Positions 59,507 through 64,000 of a stretch of 64,000 nt of DNA are shown here, in pieces. A program made the position numbers and the translations under genes. The notes under the pieces are model-generated. The model did no database searches and was not told where the DNA came from. It was given only the letters and a program-made list of their open reading frames with translations. Position 1 is the stretch's first letter; every line of letters starts with the position of its first letter. Source of the stretch: Thermodesulfobacteriota bacterium (GTDB lineage Bacteria; Desulfobacterota_D; UBA1144; Nemesobacterales; UBA2774); the NCBI GenBank assembly GCA_965216785.1, contig OZ244197.1, positions 2,400,001 to 2,464,000 on the forward strand, in the 5' to 3' direction.

Positions 59507-60808
59507 ATGGAAGATAAACTAAAGAATGAACTATCTCGTGAAAACCTGAACAGGCTCTCTTCGGACTTTGAAGTAGAGCTGCTTAGACTAATTAAAACTC
59601 TCAACCTGATTTCTCAGTCAAGAGAGCTCTACAAAAACCAGATCGAAGAAATCGAGTCATTATCTAACAACCTGAAAATCAGGATTAACGATTTTACGAT
59701 AAGGCTCCTGGAAATTGAAAAGGGTGCGCGTGAGAGTATCAGGGAGTCCCGAAACGACTTTACGAGCTCTGCCGATAATAACGAATCGAACGATTACGAA
59801 ACCATAATAAAGGAAGTAAACGAGTTCAGAGAGAAGATCAACGCGGTCGATATAGACATTGAGCGCGCGAAAGTTGAGCACCTTAGCAAACTCGACTCGT
59901 TCTATTCCGTATATAACCTGGAGCTCAAAGCCTCGCAGGGTGAGCTGGACACTAAACTGTCTGATATTAAAGAGCTCTTGGCAGAAGCTATACCGGAGCC
60001 TGTTGTACAAGAAACACCGGCACCTGAAATTCCTGCCGCTCCTGAGCCTTTAGAGCCGGCACATACACAAGGTAACGGATCCGACGAGCAGCCGCTGCCG
60101 GAACCGCCTCCTGTTAGCGAAGCTGCCGAGACCCCGCAAAGCGAGTTTCAAAGGCCAGCAACTGGTGAGGATCTGCCTAAGAGAAATATCAACCTTTCTC
60201 ACTATCCACCAAGGGATATGAGGCACTCGATATCTACTTCAAATGGAATAATAGTAGGAATCATATTCCTGTTCTTCGGCGCGCTTGTGGGGGTAACGAG
60301 CTACTATCTTCTGGATTATATCGGCGAAGACGATACTTTGTCGGACTTAAGAGAAGAAATATATTCTGAGGAATCCATTACTCCAAGAGAAGAAGTGAGT
60401 ACTATAACATCACCCGAACTAACCCAGCCGCTATCTGATACTACAATAGTAGATGCAAAAGATGCTCCGCAAAACGAGCTCGCTGCCACAAATGAGGAAA
60501 CGACAACAACCGACGCAACTGCAAACGATAAATTCTTTAAATACCTGATGGATGAGACGGAACAGACTCCAACGCTTGATACGGACGTTCCCCCCGATAC
60601 AAATACCGGATTGGACCTCTACACGGTTCAGGGCGTGGGAGCGAATGTCAGAAGCGGACCCGGCATGAACCACTCGGTAGCCACTGTAGTTCTGGAAGGA
60701 GACGAGTTTGCGGCTTTGGGTGAGAGGCGCGGCGTATGGATTAAAATTATTACACCAGACGGGACAGAGGGCTGGATCTCTAAAAAAGTCGTTAGGCAAA
60801 TCAATTAG
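59507..60808 (+). CDS. bitopic membrane protein: coiled coil, Pro-rich linker, TM helix, C-terminal SH3b
   Basis: TM GIIVGIIFLFFGALVGVTSYYLL; ANVRSGPG...WIKI...EGWIS. Confidence 0.8.
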   Translation: MEDKLKNELSRENLNRLSSDFEVELLRLIKTLNLISQSRELYKNQIEEIESLSNNLKIRINDFTIRLLEIEKGARESIRESRNDFTSSADNNESNDYETIIKEVNEFREKINAVDIDIERAKVEHLSKLDSFYSVYNLELKASQGELDTKLSDIKELLAEAIPEPVVQETPAPEIPAAPEPLEPAHTQGNGSDEQPLPEPPPVSEAAETPQSEFQRPATGEDLPKRNINLSHYPPRDMRHSISTSNGIIVGIIFLFFGALVGVTSYYLLDYIGEDDTLSDLREEIYSEESITPREEVSTITSPELTQPLSDTTIVDAKDAPQNELAATNEETTTTDATANDKFFKYLMDETEQTPTLDTDVPPDTNTGLDLYTVQGVGANVRSGPGMNHSVATVVLEGDEFAALGERRGVWIKIITPDGTEGWISKKVVRQIN

Positions 60809-60873
60809 ATAAATAACCGCTGTTGGCTGAATACCCGCCTTTTAGAGTAAATACAAAGTAAATATCTCAGTTC

Positions 60874-61551
60874 TTAATTTGGCTGCGCTTGCACGTCGAC
60901 CTGACGGTTGACTACGGAAGCGGGATTAAAGCCTGGCACGCTCTTGTACATTTCTTCGTATACTTCGTTTGCTTTCTGAGGTTGACCCGAGCGCTGATAA
61001 GAGAAAGCAAGATGCAGTCTGCCCATAGTTTCGTAAGGACTTCCGGTCCCTGTCCGCAGTTTGGTTAAATACTCAATAGCCTGTTCCCAGTCGCCTTCAC
61101 TGTAGCTTGCGAGACCTTGAGTAAGAAGGGCGGAGTCTCTGAGCATGCTTTCCTGAACGTCAGAGTCTAGGAACTTTGATAAGAGCTGCCGCGACTGCTC
61201 ATAATTCCCCATGTTGTAGTTAATGAGTCCGGCGTAGTAAACCGCGATATTGGAAATGTCCTCTCCGCTGTACTTTTCCGCCGTCTCAAGGAATACGGGC
61301 AGAGCCTCTTCTTCATTGCCCGAATTGTAAAGATCAAGCGCTTCATCAAACATAATATTCGCTTCAAAAGCCTTATTTTCCGCGCTTGTGTTCATAAAAT
61401 AAGCACCTATTAGTATTACTATTACAGCGCCTACTATTGCTAACAACACCCTTGAGTGATCACCAGCGAAGTTAACGGCGGTTTCGATCGCTCCGACGAA
61501 CCTGTCAGGCTGTTTTAACTCTTTTTCCGTGTACTTAATCTTTTCTGCCAT
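60874..61551 (-). CDS. membrane-anchored TPR protein (YfgM-like)
   Basis: KELKQPDRF, one TM helix, TPR repeats; the ATG at 61551 sits directly behind a promoter. Confidence 0.8.
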   Translation of the reverse strand: MAEKIKYTEKELKQPDRFVGAIETAVNFAGDHSRVLLAIVGAVIVILIGAYFMNTSAENKAFEANIMFDEALDLYNSGNEEEALPVFLETAEKYSGEDISNIAVYYAGLINYNMGNYEQSRQLLSKFLDSDVQESMLRDSALLTQGLASYSEGDWEQAIEYLTKLRTGTGSPYETMGRLHLAFSYQRSGQPQKANEVYEEMYKSVPGFNPASVVNRQVDVQAQPN

Positions 61552-61726
61552 GCGCAAAATTATAATCAGAGGCTCGGGAAATTCAAGTATCAAAAAAGAG
61601 GGCTCTAAGACACCTATACGATAGGACTAGTTGTTGATAGACAAGGGACCGCAGGCTCATGTGCAAACGCTAATAATCCTTGCGGTTTATGCCCTATATG
61701 GCTACACTTGTTTTAGGGGTGACGGT

Positions 61727-63223
61727 ATGATTAGAGCTATTTCCATAGTGCTTCTGGTACTTTCTCTGACTTCATTCTACATCGGCTATGCCGGGGCTCA
61801 GAAGAGTTCGGATGATGGGCCTGCAAAACAGGAAAAGCAGGGAGCAGAGATTGACGAAAGCGCGGAGACTGAAAACAGGGCACCCGGGGAAATCGTCGTT
61901 ATAGAAATAAACGGCACCATCAACCCCGCTACGCTCGACTATATCAGATCTGGACTCGATGAAGCAAAAGAGATTTCAGCGGAGGCCTTTGTAATACAGC
62001 TGGACACTCCCGGCGGACTGCTCAGCTCTACAAAAGAAATAGTAAAACTCCTTCTTAACTCCCCGGTACCCGTAATTGTGTACGTATCCCCAAGCGGCGC
62101 CACGGCCACTTCGGCTGGGGTGTTTATCACTCTGTCGGCTAATATCGCGGCCATGGCTCCCGGCACAAGCATAGGGGCCGCGCACCCCGTATCACTCGCT
62201 CCCGGAGGAAAACAACCGGACAAAAAGGAAGATAAGGGAACCAAAGAGGATGTGGGTGACAAGGAAGGTAAGAAAGTTTCTGAGAATGAAGAGCGAAAAG
62301 CAAAAGACGATGAAGCCGCGGGCAGGTCCCAAGAGGATATTATGGGGGAGAAATTAATTAACTTCACCTCATCGTTTGTCGAGAGCATAGCCGAGCAGAG
62401 AGGACGAAACGTCGAGTGGGCGATAGACGCCGTCAGGGAAAGTGACGCTATCACGGCCACAGAGGCGCTTGAGATAAACGTAATAGATATAATCTCTCCA
62501 AGCTTAACAGAGCTATTAAACGAAGTAGACGGCATGGAGATTAAGCTGCCCCAGGGTGAGAGAAAACTCCTCACCAAGGGAGCGTCAATAATCAGAATAG
62601 CTATGAGCGCTAAACAAAAGCTTATAGATATTCTCAGCACACCGGACATTGCATTTATGCTGCTCTCGCTAGGCTCGCTTGGAATACTGCTTGAATTCTA
62701 CAATCCGGGCCTCATCTTCCCAGGCGTGGCGGGCGTCGTATGTCTGCTCATGGGATTTGTATCGTTTCAGATTCTGCCGTTTAACTACGCGGGCGTCGTA
62801 CTGCTGCTCCTCGCCATAGGGCTATTCGTTACAGAGGTCTACGTTACGAGCTTCGGACTGCTGAGCCTGGGGGGAGTCATAAGCTTCGCTCTCGGGGCGC
62901 TTTTGCTATTTGACACTCCAGAGTCTGACGTCAGAGTAGGGTTTGAAATGGTCATAGCCACCACTCTCGCTATAGGGCTGTTTTTCTTCTACGTCGCTTA
63001 CTATCTTATAAAAGCGCAGAAGCTCAATCCTCAGCTCGGGTATGAAGGACTGATCGGAGAGAGTGGCGAGGCGGTCACGGATATACTTAAGGAGGGCAAG
63101 GTTTACCTCCTTGGTGAATACTGGGACGCCGAGAGCGACAGCCCTATTAATAAGGGAGATGAGATTGAGGTTCTGGAGTATGAAAAGGGATTTAAACTTA
63201 AGGTAAAAAAAGCTGAAAGCTAA
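61727..63223 (+). CDS. nfeD: long-form NfeD membrane-bound serine protease
   Basis: [26 protein letters not shown] block and C-terminal OB domain GEYWDA. Confidence 0.92.
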   Translation: MIRAISIVLLVLSLTSFYIGYAGAQKSSDDGPAKQEKQGAEIDESAETENRAPGEIVVIEINGTINPATLDYIRSGLDEAKEISAEAFVIQLDTPGGLLSSTKEIVKLLLNSPVPVIVYVSPSGATATSAGVFITLSANIAAMAPGTSIGAAHPVSLAPGGKQPDKKEDKGTKEDVGDKEGKKVSENEERKAKDDEAAGRSQEDIMGEKLINFTSSFVESIAEQRGRNVEWAIDAVRESDAITATEALEINVIDIISPSLTELLNEVDGMEIKLPQGERKLLTKGASIIRIAMSAKQKLIDILSTPDIAFMLLSLGSLGILLEFYNPGLIFPGVAGVVCLLMGFVSFQILPFNYAGVVLLLLAIGLFVTEVYVTSFGLLSLGGVISFALGALLLFDTPESDVRVGFEMVIATTLAIGLFFFYVAYYLIKAQKLNPQLGYEGLIGESGEAVTDILKEGKVYLLGEYWDAESDSPINKGDEIEVLEYEKGFKLKVKKAES

Positions 63224-63243
63224 ATTTCAGAGGAGGCAAGATA

Positions 63244-64000
63244 ATGTTCTCACCAATATTTATTTTCATAGCGGTAATAGTACTTCTACTTCTTTCGGGC
63301 GTACGGATACTTAACGAATACGAAAGGGGCGTAGTGTTCAGACTCGGGAGAATCGTTGACCCCAAGGGACCCGGTTTTAAGTGGATCATCCCAGTGGTGG
63401 ATAAGATGGTAAAGATTTCGCTCCGTGTGATAACCATGGATGTCCCTCCCCAGGACATCATCACCAAAGACAACGTGTCGGTCAAGGTGAACGCGGTCGT
63501 CTATTTCCGCGTAATAGACCCTATAAAAGCCGTGATCCAGGTCGAGAATTATCTATACGCTACCTCACAGCTTGCTCAGACAACTCTCCGCAGCGTGCTC
63601 GGCCAGGTAGAGCTCGACGAGCTACTGGCAGAAAGGGAGAAGCTGAACCTGAACCTTCAGGAAGTGCTGGATAAACAGACAGACCCATGGGGAATTAAAG
63701 TAACTTTAGTTGAAATTAAATATGTCGATTTACCTCAGGACATGCAGCGCTCCATGGCCAAGCAGGCAGAGGCCGAGAGGGAAAGAAGGGCCAAGGTCAT
63801 TAGCGCCGAAGGAGAGTTCCAGGCAGCGGCCAGACTGTCAGAGGCCTCAGAAGTCCTTTCCCAAAACCCTATGTCTCTTCAGCTAAGGTATCTGCAAACT
63901 CTTTCGGATATGGCAACGGAAAAAAGCTCTACCATTGTGTTCCCGCTTCCGATAGACTTGATAAAACCCTGGCTCCAGGCCCTTGAGAAAAAAACCGAAA
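63244..64000 (+). CDS. SPFH/stomatin-like (slipin) protein, 3' end just outside the window (absent from the ORF track)
   Basis: Translated by hand: [55 protein letters not shown] and LQLRYLQTL; GAGGAGG site; follows nfeD. Confidence 0.95.
   Translation, partial: MFSPIFIFIAVIVLLLLSGVRILNEYERGVVFRLGRIVDPKGPGFKWIIPVVDKMVKISLRVITMDVPPQDIITKDNVSVKVNAVVYFRVIDPIKAVIQVENYLYATSQLAQTTLRSVLGQVELDELLAEREKLNLNLQEVLDKQTDPWGIKVTLVEIKYVDLPQDMQRSMAKQAEAERERRAKVISAEGEFQAAARLSEASEVLSQNPMSLQLRYLQTLSDMATEKSSTIVFPLPIDLIKPWLQALEKKTE

Noticed and set aside
61939-63485. Minus-strand ORFs over nfeD and the SPFH gene
   Set aside because: Antisense shadows of well-supported plus-strand genes.

Overview
Chromosomal region of a bacterium with moderate GC and AT-rich intergenic DNA. 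The gene set and an IPTL-CTERM protein suggest a deltaproteobacteria-like lineage such as Ca. Dadabacteria (inference only). Housekeeping genes: clpB, dtd, smpB-ssrA, rph-rdgB-pyrG, an RNase II-family gene, ptsP, gltA, rplU-rpmA, mnmA-mtaB, an ECF sigma/anti-sigma pair and nfeD-SPFH. No integrase, transposase, prophage, tRNA, rRNA or CRISPR-Cas was recognised. Best leads: (1) an AT-rich insert of two tandem Cap12/Pycsar-type TIR genes with different N-terminal domains and no cyclase, directly downstream of clpB; (2) a ~225-nt G-rich clpB leader containing a perfect 41-bp tandem repeat behind a sigma32-like promoter; (3) a two-gene operon of a C-terminally extended nitroreductase and a 64-aa RHH-like partner; (4) an MFS / divergent ARD-like cupin / nitrilase operon next to tmRNA; (5) a pyruvate decarboxylase with plant-like motifs; (6) a pentameric ligand-gated ion channel; (7) a HAMP pseudo-cyclase. 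All calls come from reading motifs by eye; no database search was run.
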